A stretch of 20,837 nucleotides of DNA, taken from a virus. Lineage: Duplodnaviria; Heunggongvirae; Uroviricota; Caudoviricetes. A program made the position numbers and the translations under genes. Positions 7,481 to 14,688 of this stretch are shown here, in pieces (the stretch's first letter is position 1; the number at the start of each line of letters is the position of its first letter). Location: IMG/VR virus record IMGVR_UViG_2537562191_000053. The stretch is one strand, 5' to 3'. Under the pieces are notes generated by a model, which was given only the letters and a program-made list of their open reading frames with translations, did not search any database and was not told where the DNA came from.

Positions 7481-8114
7481 GTTCACAGATAAAACACTCT
7501 CCAGGAAACCCGGGGCGGTTCAATCAGGGCGATTAACATCGCCTTTTGCTGCTTCATAGCCTGCTTCTCCTTGCCTTTCGGCACGTAAGAGGCTAACCTA
7601 CATGTGCAAAGCATGAAATTGGCCTCAGATTAATGTTAAGCGTCTTGCCGGACGCGTAATGTTAACTGGGGCTTTTCTCTATCTGCCTTTTGGTGTTCAT
7701 GCCTGAGGCAGATAGCCTCAAGCACCCGCAGCAATTCTAACTATCCAATAGATCAATGCCAACTTCTTTTCCTGCAACATCTCTCATCAGAAGTGACCCA
7801 AATTCATCCAATCAGCACAAAAGAAACATTTAAAGCGTGAATGCTACCGAACGTTCATTTCAATTACATCGTTTTGATTTTTAACAGTTTTCACCTCAAC
7901 AAATCAAATGGCATTAGCATTCATCATGGAAGAAAGACTGATAAAAATGATCATTTTCAATGACTTATGATCACACCGGGTATTGCCAAGTCATTCCTTT
8001 TACGCCAGGATACCCACAAGTGAGTAGTCGAGGAGAGTTTGCCAATTTTTGCGATATAAATTTCAATGTCCGAAGAACCATTAATTGTTAATTGATTCTG
8101 TATAAGGTATTAAC

Positions 8115-9212
8115 ATGACAATTTCATATATTCCTATTCTGAAAGCGAAACGTTCTGAGTTATCAGCTTTATCGCAGCTATCCATTGAAAAGAAATCAAA
8201 AATTTTGCCATTACTCGAAATTGAACCAGTGCCAATTGACCCTGATTCAGGTATTGCCTTAAAGAGTTATAACGAGACTCTTATAGAGTTCGGAAAGAAA
8301 GTCTCAAAATCTTGCTCAGATATGCAAGGTGTTTATATTGATGGATTATTAATTGAAGAGCATTTTATTTCTCCTGAAGATCATTACCCTATAATAAATG
8401 CGGTTAATCAAGTTAGAGATATGGAGATAAGAGTTATTCCTGTCAGTTCACCAACTCGCCCATCTAACTATAAAAGAGCGATTGATGAATTAATGCAGAA
8501 TGAAATATGCTTGAGATTAACCACGTTAGATCTGGTTAACCCACAATTAATAACGCATTACATTAATCATCTGGGAATTCCTTTATCAAATATTGATATA
8601 ATTATTGACTTAAGAGATGAGTTAACCGAGGATAAAATTAATTCCGGCGAACTATATACTTTGGCAATGGGATTGATAAACAATCTGGCGCACCTCAATG
8701 AATACAGAAAAGTGATTCTTTCTGGGGGTTCATTTCCTACAGATCTCAGTGATATTTCTGTTGGTCTATATTCTCAACCTCGAATCGAGTGGATTTTATG
8801 GCAGAGTTTAATGAATAGAAAAGAACTTGCCAGAAATGTGATTTATAGTGATTATGGAGTACAGCACCCCGACTTTAATAGGCTTTCGACGCGATTCCCT
8901 AGCGTATCTGCCAGCGTCAGATACTCTGGAGATAATGACTTTTGGGTATTTCGAGGAAGAGTAGCTAATCGCTTTGGTTATGAACAATATGGTAAACATA
9001 GTGAGGATATTCTTGCTCATCGAGAATATTCAGGGCCTACATTCTGTGCGGGAGATAGAGACATAGAATATTATGCAAACGAGTATCAAGCCTACAAAGC
9101 CAATCCCTCTGGTAACTATAAATTTGGTAGCCCAGAGGTATGGCGTAGGATTGGGCAAAACCATCACATAACTAAGGTTGTTGAGCAACTCGCCACTCTT
9201 TACGGGCTTTAA
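8115..9212 (+). CDS. Hypothetical 365-aa protein in AT-rich island; candidate sensor/partner of a two-gene defence-like module (tentatively Beta-protein/sce7725-like, unverified)
   Basis: ATG with AAGGT RBS; codon-dense and strongly AT-rich; N-terminus MTISYIPILKAKRSELSALSQL. No Walker, HNH or methylase motifs seen. Family resemblance is from memory only. Confidence 0.75.
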   Translation: MTISYIPILKAKRSELSALSQLSIEKKSKILPLLEIEPVPIDPDSGIALKSYNETLIEFGKKVSKSCSDMQGVYIDGLLIEEHFISPEDHYPIINAVNQVRDMEIRVIPVSSPTRPSNYKRAIDELMQNEICLRLTTLDLVNPQLITHYINHLGIPLSNIDIIIDLRDELTEDKINSGELYTLAMGLINNLAHLNEYRKVILSGGSFPTDLSDISVGLYSQPRIEWILWQSLMNRKELARNVIYSDYGVQHPDFNRLSTRFPSVSASVRYSGDNDFWVFRGRVANRFGYEQYGKHSEDILAHREYSGPTFCAGDRDIEYYANEYQAYKANPSGNYKFGSPEVWRRIGQNHHITKVVEQLATLYGL

Positions 9213-9750
9213 GTTTAACTCGAACAGCTTCACGAAGCTCGCCAACATCCATACTATTGGCGAGTTTTGACCATAAGACGCGTTTAGGTTTATTTTTCAA
9301 ATTCTGTAGCTCCCCTACATCACTTAATAGGGAAAGCAATTCATCTTTCCAAAGAAGCATTGTTAAGGAAAGTTTGTCCACTTGTGGATTCAACTTGCTA
9401 GTTCGAATTGTTTTTAAATGGATACCTTGCCGTGCACCTTGCGTAACTTGCTTTATCCCCCACCATGATGGAACTATGCTTAAAGCATCATAAAGATGGC
9501 AATCAGAGACAACCAAAGTTACTTTATCCATCACTGATGAGTAATGTTGCACCTGCGCTGGTAATCTGAGCAAGTTATCACTCTTGCTCTTCAACTCATA
9601 ACCATGTATAAGCCCATTGATCACTGCTATATCAGCTCTGCTAGCCCCTAGATTCATCGTAAACTCATCAATGATTAGGGTGTCAGGATCTTTATGATGA
9701 TCTCTCAGAATCTTGGCATGCACAGCCTTTCTTACATCAATGTCTCTCAT
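9172..9750 (-). CDS. PD-(D/E)xK nuclease-fold protein (192 aa); candidate effector of the module (tentatively sce7726-like, unverified)
   Basis: N-terminal region MRDIDVRK...IIDEF...RADIAVINGLIHGYELKS carries the E...D...ExK restriction-endonuclease-like signature. Its 3' end overlaps the convergent 365-aa gene by 41 nt. Weak RBS. Confidence 0.75.
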   Translation of the reverse strand: MRDIDVRKAVHAKILRDHHKDPDTLIIDEFTMNLGASRADIAVINGLIHGYELKSKSDNLLRLPAQVQHYSSVMDKVTLVVSDCHLYDALSIVPSWWGIKQVTQGARQGIHLKTIRTSKLNPQVDKLSLTMLLWKDELLSLLSDVGELQNLKNKPKRVLWSKLANSMDVGELREAVRVKLKARKEWRVAQQP

Positions 9751-9782
9751 ACCATAGTTGCGCTTTCATCGACTCTCTCAAG

Positions 9783-9801
9783 CCATGATTCTATATCATG
9801 G
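9783..9801. promoter_or_regulatory. Palindrome CCATGAT-tctat-ATCATGG, 33-51 nt upstream of the nuclease gene; candidate operator overlapping a TAGAAT -10 element
   Basis: Perfect 7-bp arms read directly; the minus strand reads TGGCAT-N17-TAGAAT around it. Confidence 0.35.
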
Positions 9802-10055
9802 TTCGCATGAATGCCATTTGATATGACCAGTGGTTAAACATTGCACAGAAAAGTGGATGTGTATTTTAACAAAAGCAATGACGGCTAACCATGTTGGTAT
9901 GTCGATAAAATGTTTCAACGTAAGCATTATCTGTTCCGCCCTTTCAGACGGCCTCCTGATGTTCTGAGGGTGCAGAATCCCTCCGGTTAAGGGTTTAATA
10001 AAAATCGTTTCTGATTTAAATCTTCAGTATTTAGTTGTTAGTCGGTTTATAGCCT

Positions 10056-10367
10056 TTATGCTTCGGCCTTATTTCTCAGCCATACACAAACCGGGCCATC
10101 TTCGGTGTCATGTATTGAACCAATAAACCATCCATTGCCCTCTGGTCGTTCCGGTTCCCATGCAGAAATATCAGCATCACACGCATCAAGGTCAGCACAT
10201 CCTTCATCTCTGAAGCAGAGGACGTATTGAAGATTATTTTCCTCCATCCAGGCGTTAAACTCTTCCGTTGAAATATATTCCCGACCGTCACAGAATTTTT
10301 CATATTCAGGATGCGTCCAGCAGCCATATTCATCACGTACTACTGGTATTTCTTTAATTTCATTCAT
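10056..10367 (-). CDS. Hypothetical phage protein (103 aa, acidic, Cys-containing)
   Basis: Packed head-to-tail with upstream genes (8-nt overlap); normal GC. Confidence 0.55.
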   Translation of the reverse strand: MNEIKEIPVVRDEYGCWTHPEYEKFCDGREYISTEEFNAWMEENNLQYVLCFRDEGCADLDACDADISAWEPERPEGNGWFIGSIHDTEDGPVCVWLRNKAEA

Positions 10368-10614
10368 TTCTGTTCTCCCACGTTTTCAGACTTTCACCAC
10401 AGAACGGACAAAATGAAACCCGAACTGGTAATTTAGAAAATTCACCGGAACGCAACATCACAAAATCAGGACCGCGAGTTAAACTCTCATTCCAGATTTT
10501 GTATATCAGCAGACCTTTTCGCATCGTGTATTCAGCATCATGCTCAAGGGACTTTGCCAGTGCTGCACATGGTTCTATCTTGTTGCCATTAACCTGGCAT
10601 TTTGATTCACTCAC
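10360..10614 (-). CDS. Hypothetical phage protein (84 aa) with C-terminal CPFCG motif
   Basis: 4-nt overlap with the upstream gene; possible zinc-binding Cys pairs. Confidence 0.55.
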   Translation of the reverse strand: MSESKCQVNGNKIEPCAALAKSLEHDAEYTMRKGLLIYKIWNESLTRGPDFVMLRSGEFSKLPVRVSFCPFCGESLKTWENRNE

Positions 10615-11033
10615 CGCACCACCTCCTCAAAATTCCCCTGATAAAACGCCAGTACGCGCTGCATAACTTCGCTCTTCCGGCACTCGAGACAGATTATGTT
10701 CAGACGCCTGTCGTAGCGACGTATTTCTCCGTCAGGTAATGACCAGATAAGGTCCGGATCAACCGCAGATGGTTTCTTCAGCTTTGCCCTTGAGAGCTTT
10801 TTACGGGCATTTTGCCAGTCCTTACGCGCCTGTTCAGACGGGAATAACCCGTAACCAGAGTTGTATACATCGCCACTGGCAACCAGCTCTCTGGCCAGAA
10901 CGCTCATCAGATATCTTGTTGCCCCAGTTTTAGTTTCCAGTTGTCGTAACGTCTCGCGCCCACTCTGGCGTACGAGTTCAACAACCTGCCCTTTAATTTT
11001 CTCCTGCTCTTCTTGTGTAAAAACTTTTGCCAC
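10611..11033 (-). CDS. Hypothetical phage protein (140 aa), GTG start, in the replication operon
   Basis: GTG start preceded by AGGGGG; sits where lambda carries P/ren but has no helicase-loader motifs. Confidence 0.6.
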   Translation of the reverse strand: MAKVFTQEEQEKIKGQVVELVRQSGRETLRQLETKTGATRYLMSVLARELVASGDVYNSGYGLFPSEQARKDWQNARKKLSRAKLKKPSAVDPDLIWSLPDGEIRRYDRRLNIICLECRKSEVMQRVLAFYQGNFEEVVR

Positions 11034-11073
11034 AAGCCCTCCTGAAAATTACCTCATGACCAGAAATTAACAC

Positions 11074-12036
11074 TTACCCCCTGAAGCCCGGCGGAATTTC
11101 AGTGTCCGGTTCAGAAATGTGATTCACGCAACGCTGCGCAGGCGAACGCCCCAGGCGGATAACCAGTTCATCCCATTTTTCCCGGAGTTTTGCCGGACTC
11201 ATGATGTTTTTTACCCAGAACGAATCCCGCTGGAGACGCCCAAACATTTCACAAATTTGTCTGTGAGTTCTGCCATCCAGCATCCGCATTGTGCGAACGT
11301 CATTGGCCCATGCTGTCCAGTTGGGTTCTTTCGGTCTAGTGATCTCGCCATCATCGCTGGCCGCCTGCTCGTAAAGACTCACGATTCGTCCCCAGATCCA
11401 CTGTGCGCACACCAAATCTTCCTGACTTCCCCACTGGCGTTTTTTCGCACTGAACACAACCGCGTCAGGGTGTCGGGTTAAAAAATCCTGTTCAGCCGTC
11501 TGCGGGTCCGGTTGCGAAGCGTCCGGACAAGAAGATCTTTTATCTGACGGATCAGGTTTTAATACTGACGGATCGGGGTCAATCATCGCCCCCCTAATCG
11601 GCAGTTTTTTATCAACAGTTGATCCATCAAAATTTGACGGGTCAACCGTTGAGGGGTCAATATTTGACGGGTCAACTGTTAACGGGTCATTTTTTGCCGG
11701 GCTAATTTTTCTTTTCGGTTTATATGACTCACGCGCCGCCGCAGCAGCTGCTTCGAGTTTTTCCACATTAAGCCGATAGATATTGCTTACATTACGCCCA
11801 CCGACCTTACGCTCTTCCTTCGTCAGCCAGCCCTCTTTCGCCAGTTCTGCAATAGCCGATTTCACTGTGGATTCACTTCTTGCACCGATCTGACGCCGGA
11901 TAGTTTCAATGGCAGGCCATGACACGCCCTCGTCATTGCTGTAGTCTGCAAGACGGGCCATAACCGCCACCCTGGATAAGATCATGCCGGTGAAGGCGCA
12001 CCCTTCCCAGACAAGACCATGAAGCTTGCTGCTCAT
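11074..12036 (-). CDS. Replication initiator (lambda O-like / YdaU-like) with N-terminal HTH domain and internal origin
   Basis: Start moved to ATG at 12036 (GGGGG RBS 4 nt upstream; ORF track starts at GTG 12051). N-terminal winged-HTH-like segment, then repeated DPS peptides (NDPLTVDPSNIDPSTVDPSNFDGSTVD) encoded by the iterons. Confidence 0.75.
   Translation of the reverse strand: MSSKLHGLVWEGCAFTGMILSRVAVMARLADYSNDEGVSWPAIETIRRQIGARSESTVKSAIAELAKEGWLTKEERKVGGRNVSNIYRLNVEKLEAAAAAARESYKPKRKISPAKNDPLTVDPSNIDPSTVDPSNFDGSTVDKKLPIRGAMIDPDPSVLKPDPSDKRSSCPDASQPDPQTAEQDFLTRHPDAVVFSAKKRQWGSQEDLVCAQWIWGRIVSLYEQAASDDGEITRPKEPNWTAWANDVRTMRMLDGRTHRQICEMFGRLQRDSFWVKNIMSPAKLREKWDELVIRLGRSPAQRCVNHISEPDTEIPPGFRG
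11545..11730. repeat. Replication origin: about 6 iterons (core GACGG(G/A)TCAA) at roughly 15-16 bp spacing plus an adjacent AT-rich stretch, inside the O-like gene
   Basis: Repeats tgacggatcagg, tgacggatcggggtcaa, ttgacgggtcaac, tgaggggtcaa, ttgacgggtcaac, taacgggtcat read directly, followed by gtcattttttgccgggctaatttttcttttcggtttatatgac. Confidence 0.6.
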
Positions 12037-12058
12037 AAAACCCCCGAACACCGTGCTT

Positions 12059-12484
12059 TTAGTGCATCACCACAGCATTCCCTGCCGGGCCGCCGCGATT
12101 CATCTGGTCATACAAAACAACCGCTGACGCAACAAAATCATCGACATCCTTCACCAGCCGATCCCTCCGTTCGACGATCTCACGGTAATATTCAGAACTG
12201 TGGCTGCGCATACGGGCCACCAGCAAAGGCGGCATCGCCTTTTCGATCGCCGGTAACAGAGCCTGCATTTTTTCAACAGCATCAGGGGTGTCTTTATCCA
12301 GCCAACGGAAAATTTTCTGGGTATTACGGGCCAGGGCTTCCGGATGGCTGTCGTCATACAGTTCCGGGAACGTCATTCCCAGCTCGAAATACGCTTTGGT
12401 AATTTTCGCAGCCGGTACTTTTTCGCCGTCCGGATGCGCCCAGACATTCATCGCCATGCGGATGTGTTCATGCTTGATTTTCAT
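12059..12484 (-). CDS. YdaT-like / CII-position regulator (141 aa)
   Basis: Begins MKIKHEH; GGAG RBS; overlaps the upstream Cro-like gene stop (ATGA). Resemblance to Rac YdaT is from memory. Confidence 0.65.
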   Translation of the reverse strand: MKIKHEHIRMAMNVWAHPDGEKVPAAKITKAYFELGMTFPELYDDSHPEALARNTQKIFRWLDKDTPDAVEKMQALLPAIEKAMPPLLVARMRSHSSEYYREIVERRDRLVKDVDDFVASAVVLYDQMNRGGPAGNAVVMH

Positions 12485-12783
12485 GAATCAACTCCATCAG
12501 ATAAGCATGCACTACAATCACCTTCAGCATGAACTACATGTGTTTGCCCCAAACGAATGCCGCTCGCATACTCAGGCCAAATAAGCTCCCAATCATGGGG
12601 TCGTAGCTCCGCCCTACTTACTTGGCCTTCCGTCGCAGATTCGATCATAAGGGCGCGGGTTGGAGATATAGCTGTTCGTCCAGACGCCATTTGCGATAAG
12701 TAAGATGACGATACACCAAGTCTGGCCGCGAATTTCTTAGCATCACCAACCCTTAATGATTTAATAAACTCTTTTAATGTCAT
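12481..12783 (-). CDS. Cro-like / YdaS-like HTH regulator (100 aa)
   Basis: HTH segment AKKFAARLGVSSSYLSQMASG; GGAAGG RBS; first gene transcribed away from the divergent operator region. Confidence 0.7.
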   Translation of the reverse strand: MTLKEFIKSLRVGDAKKFAARLGVSSSYLSQMASGRTAISPTRALMIESATEGQVSRAELRPHDWELIWPEYASGIRLGQTHVVHAEGDCSACLSDGVDS

Positions 12784-12880
12784 ACCTTCCTCGGTTTAGT
12801 GTTTTTTTGCGAGTTTAGTGTTTAATAAACCATTAAGTCAAGTATTTGCTTGTTTAGTGATTACTAAAGATAATTACCAC
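12784..12880. promoter_or_regulatory. Divergent promoter-operator region (OR-like) with three GTTTAGTG(T/A)TT repeats
   Basis: Plus-strand TTGCTT-N17-GATAAT ends 6 nt before the cI-like ATG with no SD (leaderless). Minus-strand TTGACT-N18-TAAACT faces the Cro-like gene. Repeats at about 12797, 12813 and 12852; near-palindrome GTTTAATAAAC at about 12821. Confidence 0.55.
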
Positions 12881-13252
12881 ATGCAAAAAAAAGAAATTCG
12901 CCGTTTACGTCTCAAGGAGTGGTTTAAAGATAAAACTCTGCCACCCAAAGAGAAGAGCTACCTATCTCAACTAATGAGTGGGAGAGCCTCGTTTGGAGAA
13001 AAAGCTGCCAGAAGAATAGAGCAAACATACGGGATGCCGGAAGGGTATCTGGATGCGGAATACGCAGAACAACCGGGGGTTTCTCCACCACATGCAGGGT
13101 TAACGTCTAATCAACTGGAATTATTGCAGATTTTTTCAGCCTTCCCTGAGGATGAGCAACGCCAGATAATCAGCGAGTTAAAGCAGAAAAAAGAATCAAT
13201 GGAAGATCTCATAGCGAGATGGATTGCGGCGCAAAAATGCCGCCGCGCCTGA
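12881..13252 (+). CDS. cI-like phage repressor, HTH only (no S24 peptidase domain), apparently leaderless
   Basis: ATG at 12881 (ORF track begins at GTG 12818). HTH segment KSYLSQLMSGRASFGEKAARRIEQTYGMPEGYLD; divergent from the Cro-like gene. Confidence 0.7.
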   Translation: MQKKEIRRLRLKEWFKDKTLPPKEKSYLSQLMSGRASFGEKAARRIEQTYGMPEGYLDAEYAEQPGVSPPHAGLTSNQLELLQIFSAFPEDEQRQIISELKQKKESMEDLIARWIAAQKCRRA

Positions 13253-13272
13253 GTTATAAAACCGGAGGAAAC

Positions 13273-13464
13273 ATGAATAGAGCCCTTTCACCAATGGTTT
13301 CTGAATTTGAAACCATTGAACAAGAAAACAGTTACAACGAATGGCTGCGTGCGAAAGTAGCAACGAGCCTTGCAGATCCGCGCCCAGCAATTCCCCATGA
13401 CGAAGTTGAGCGCAGAATGGCAGAACGCTTTGCTAAGATGCGCAAGGAACGGAGCAAGCAGTAA
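13273..13464 (+). CDS. Type II antitoxin (ParD-like), 63 aa
   Basis: ATG with GGAGGA RBS; stop lies 1 nt before the toxin ATG. Confidence 0.65.
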   Translation: MNRALSPMVSEFETIEQENSYNEWLRAKVATSLADPRPAIPHDEVERRMAERFAKMRKERSKQ

Positions 13465-13465
13465 A

Positions 13466-13744
13466 ATGTTACCCGTGTTATGGCTTGAAAGCGCAGATAC
13501 CGACCTAGATGATATAACTAGTTATATTGCTCGTTTCGACATAGATGCGGCTGAACGCTTATGGCAGCGATTAAGGGGTTGTGTGCTGCCGTTATCCGAA
13601 CATCCGTATTTATACCCACCAAGCGACAGAGTACCTGGCTTGCGTGAGATTGTAGCCCACCCTAACTATATAATTCTATACCGCGTAACAACATCAAGCG
13701 TTGAAGTAGTAAACGTGATCCACGCAAGACGCCAGTTTCCCTAA
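13466..13744 (+). CDS. Type II toxin, ParE/RelE family, 92 aa
   Basis: MLPVLWLESADTDLDDITSYIARFDIDAAERLWQRL...REIVAHPNYIILYRV...VVNVIHARRQFP, the characteristic ParE/RelE pattern as I recall it. Confidence 0.75.
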   Translation: MLPVLWLESADTDLDDITSYIARFDIDAAERLWQRLRGCVLPLSEHPYLYPPSDRVPGLREIVAHPNYIILYRVTTSSVEVVNVIHARRQFP

Positions 13745-13809
13745 CTTTCACTACCAATAGAAACATAACAACCGCAACGACTTTATCAAAAGCGTTGTGT
13801 TTGTTATGT

Positions 13810-13860
13810 CCCGCGGTTTAGTTTTTACTTGACTTAAGTTTAATGTTTATTAAACTAAAA
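13810..13860 (+). promoter_or_regulatory. OL/pL-like region: operator-type repeats (GTTTAGTTTTT, GTTTATTAAAC) with TTGACT-N16-TAAACT promoter facing the early-left operon
   Basis: Same repeat family and -35/-10 hexamers as the OR-like region; GTTTATTAAAC is the reverse complement of the OR GTTTAATAAAC. Confidence 0.4.
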
Positions 13861-14179
13861 ATACCAACCCACCCCGCCCCACAGAACGCAGGGAAATACT
13901 TCGAGTTACCCGGCAGTGGTCAGGGGTTAAGTAGCCAGCCCGAGGCGTATGAACATGACGGCAGGGTTCAACTTTAATAACTATGCAGCAGGTTTTTGTT
14001 CCGCTACCCCGGCGTTAAGGGGAAACAGAGGGTTTCTCAGTGGGCGAAGTCAAACATCAGAATGGAAGGCATCCCGGGATCGGCAAAGAAGCAGCAATGG
14101 CGCTTTATATTGACATCAGCGCCATTGCAGGACAGGTAAGAGTTATCAGAGCGGTAACTAAGCGGTATGCGCCTTTACT

Positions 14180-14377
14180 TCAGAAAGTCTCTGGTGAGTG
14201 CACCGAAGATATTGTCAACGATTTCGTCATCGAACTGCGAGGACTCATCTTCAGTTTACAAGGTGAACCACAATTTTTGCAGATGGCTCCCGCGAAACTG
14301 TCAGAGCCCTGCGGCTTAAAGGATGTGTCAAAGACTTCGCCACCACATTCTGGGCAAGAAAACTTGATTGTATTCAT
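14180..14377 (-). CDS. Small zinc-ribbon protein (65 aa, CPEC...CKNC), antisense to the early-left leader
   Basis: ATG at 14377 with GAGAGGAAA RBS 7 nt upstream (ORF track starts at TTG 14383). Preferred over overlapping plus ORF 14040..14429, which has a GTG start and no RBS. Confidence 0.4.
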   Translation of the reverse strand: MNTIKFSCPECGGEVFDTSFKPQGSDSFAGAICKNCGSPCKLKMSPRSSMTKSLTISSVHSPETF

Positions 14378-14469
14378 AACCAATTTCCTCTCGAGTAACA
14401 GACCCCTCAGAGGATACCACCTCGCCTGACGTGGTTAAAAGCAGGCAACGCTAACCACAAGGAGCCGAC

Positions 14470-14688
14470 ATGCAGAAACGAGAACCCGTCATCATCGCGC
14501 CAGACTATACCGATGATGAACTTTATGAGTGGATGCACCAGAAAATTAATGCAGCGCAGGATCTGAAATGGGCCAATGAAGCCAGGGCTAAGCAGGCTGA
14601 AAATCTGTCCGCTCTGGAGCAGGATATCACCAATCTGGAAAAAGCAGCGGCATTAAGCATTGCCAGAATGATTACATACCCGCGTTAA
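14470..14688 (+). CDS. Hypothetical 72-aa early protein (predicted helical, acidic)
   Basis: ATG with AAGGAG RBS at ideal spacing. Confidence 0.6.
   Translation: MQKREPVIIAPDYTDDELYEWMHQKINAAQDLKWANEARAKQAENLSALEQDITNLEKAAALSIARMITYPR

Larger units (their letters stand above)
6213..7522 (+). mobile_element. IS3-family insertion sequence, IS629-like (1310 bp), copy 1, flanked by 3-bp ATC direct repeats
   Basis: Imperfect terminal inverted repeats TGAACCGCCCCGG(A/G)... read at both ends. OrfA 108 aa and OrfB 296 aa in the -1 frame overlap at ATGA, typical IS3 organisation. Protein sequences match IS629 transposase as I remember it. Confidence 0.9.

Noticed and set aside
6348-7523. ORFs antisense or out of frame inside IS629 copy 1 (6348..6668, 6768..6950, 7032..7217, 7287..7523) and their mirror images in copy 2
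   Set aside because: Known IS3-family organisation is OrfA plus OrfB only; these are shadow ORFs.
8808-9493. Short ORFs 8808..9020 (-), 9030..9248 (-), 9257..9493 (+) inside the island
   Set aside because: Antisense shadows within the two long AT-rich genes, where stop codons are rare on either strand.
11545-11700. Short direct repeats considered as a possible CRISPR array
   Set aside because: Repeats are about 10-13 bp at about 16-bp spacing inside a coding sequence, which is iteron geometry; there are no 28-37-bp repeats with unique spacers and no cas genes.
12019-12584. ORFs 12019..12402 (+), 12151..12357 (-), 12288..12584 (+), 12344..12532 (+)
   Set aside because: Overlap the YdaT-like and Cro-like genes, which have RBSs, translational coupling and HTH motifs.
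14040-14429. 129-aa plus-strand ORF in the early-left leader
   Set aside because: GTG start, no RBS, and it overlaps a minus-strand ORF with a strong RBS and zinc-ribbon motif; kept only as an alternative in the findings.
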